Positions 63,120 through 64,000 of a stretch of 64,000 bases of DNA are shown here, piece by piece. Position 1 is the stretch's first letter. Each line of letters begins with the position of its first letter. The stretch comes from an uncultured Pelagibacteraceae bacterium (GTDB taxonomy: Bacteria > Pseudomonadota > Alphaproteobacteria > Pelagibacterales > Pelagibacteraceae), in assembly GCA_902633515.1 (NCBI GenBank), contig CACPGB010000001.1, positions 3,669-67,668 on the forward strand, written 5' to 3'. The notes under the pieces are model-generated. The model made no database searches and was not told the DNA's origin. It worked only from the letters and a program-made list of their open reading frames with translations. The position numbers were made by a program, and so were the translations under genes.

Positions 63120-64000
63120 TGTAAACCAACAAGACCTCCAACAAGCATTAAATTATTGTCAAGGTGTGATTGAAAAACGAAGCACACTTCCGATATTATC
63201 AAACATATTACTTGAGGCACAAAATTCAAAACTTACCATTACTGCAACCGATTTAGACTTAATTTTTATAAACCAAATAAAAAATGTTGAAATCATAGAA
63301 CATGGAAAAACAACCACAACATCATCTACTATGTATGATATTGTTAGAAAACTTTCATCTGGAAAAAAAATTAATTTAACTTTAAAAGATAATAGTAAAC
63401 TTCATTTAGAGTCAGAAAAATCTATTTTTAATTTAAACTGTATGCCTGCAAATGAGTTTCCTTTGACAGATGAAAATTTTAATGACAATGAATTTAGTTT
63501 AAAATCAAAAGATCTTTTGAAGTTACTTAATAAATGTAAATTTTCTGTATCAAGTGATGAGACAAGACATTACTTAAGTGGAATATATTTTCATCAAACT
63601 GAAGTTGAGGACAAAAATTATTTGACTGCAGTATCAACCGATAGCCATCGTATGTCTGTTTCTAAACTTAGATTAAATGAAAAAAAAAATTTTGAATCAA
63701 TAATATTACCTAAAAAAACTATTTTTCAGTTATGTTCATTATTAGAAAATTACGATGGTGATGTAAAAATTTCAAATATGAAATCTAAAATAAAATTTGA
63801 ATTAGATAATAGTATTTTAATTTCTAAATTAATAGATGGTAAATTTCCAAATTACATACAAGTGATTCCAAAAAATAATCAAAAAAAATTAGAAATTGAT
63901 TTAAAAATTTTTCAAAGTTCAGTAGATAGAGTTGCCTCAGTATCACTTGATAAAAAAGATGGTGTAAAATTTAATTTAAGTAAAGATAAACTAGATTTAT
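63109..64000 (+). CDS. dnaN: DNA polymerase III beta clamp, 3'-truncated by the window edge
   Basis: MKFNVNQQDL..EKRSTLPILSN, ATDLD, DETRHYLSG, TDSHR, SKLIDGKFPNY; open to the window end. Confidence 0.96.
   Translation, partial: MKFNVNQQDLQQALNYCQGVIEKRSTLPILSNILLEAQNSKLTITATDLDLIFINQIKNVEIIEHGKTTTTSSTMYDIVRKLSSGKKINLTLKDNSKLHLESEKSIFNLNCMPANEFPLTDENFNDNEFSLKSKDLLKLLNKCKFSVSSDETRHYLSGIYFHQTEVEDKNYLTAVSTDSHRMSVSKLRLNEKKNFESIILPKKTIFQLCSLLENYDGDVKISNMKSKIKFELDNSILISKLIDGKFPNYIQVIPKNNQKKLEIDLKIFQSSVDRVASVSLDKKDGVKFNLSKDKLDL

Overview
AT-rich, tightly packed alphaproteobacterial chromosome segment whose gene content, order and composition point to a Pelagibacterales (SAR11) genome (inference). 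It is mostly origin-proximal core genome: mnmE-mnmG-rsmG-parA-parB with a parS site inside rsmG; holA-lptE-leuS; a major porin; dnaJ-dnaK-grpE; maeB; murJ-trpS; fur-miaB-phoH-ybeY-lnt-metK; nusA-infB-rbfA-rpsO-pnp; fabIBA; coaBC-ubiB-ubiE; mutM-rpsT-dnaA-dnaN. Small accessory inserts are two tandem SPINDLY/OGT-like GT41 genes, a GT4 plus sulfotransferase islet behind dnaJ, an FkbM methyltransferase, and katG plus an Fe(II)/2OG oxygenase. Signals absent from the ORF track: a 39-aa ArfA-like ORF (KKGKGSF motif) overlapping a CenR-like regulator with a degenerate receiver; Irr (ICE)-like boxes before irr and over the katG promoter; an in-frame TAG in grpE; a diverged copy of the dnaJ 3' end bracketing a 55-aa membrane ORF; a purine-rich repeat leader before pnp; and a rimP-leader-like attenuator before nusA. 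I saw no rRNA, tRNA, CRISPR, integrase or transposase. All calls come from motif and synteny recognition; no searches were run.
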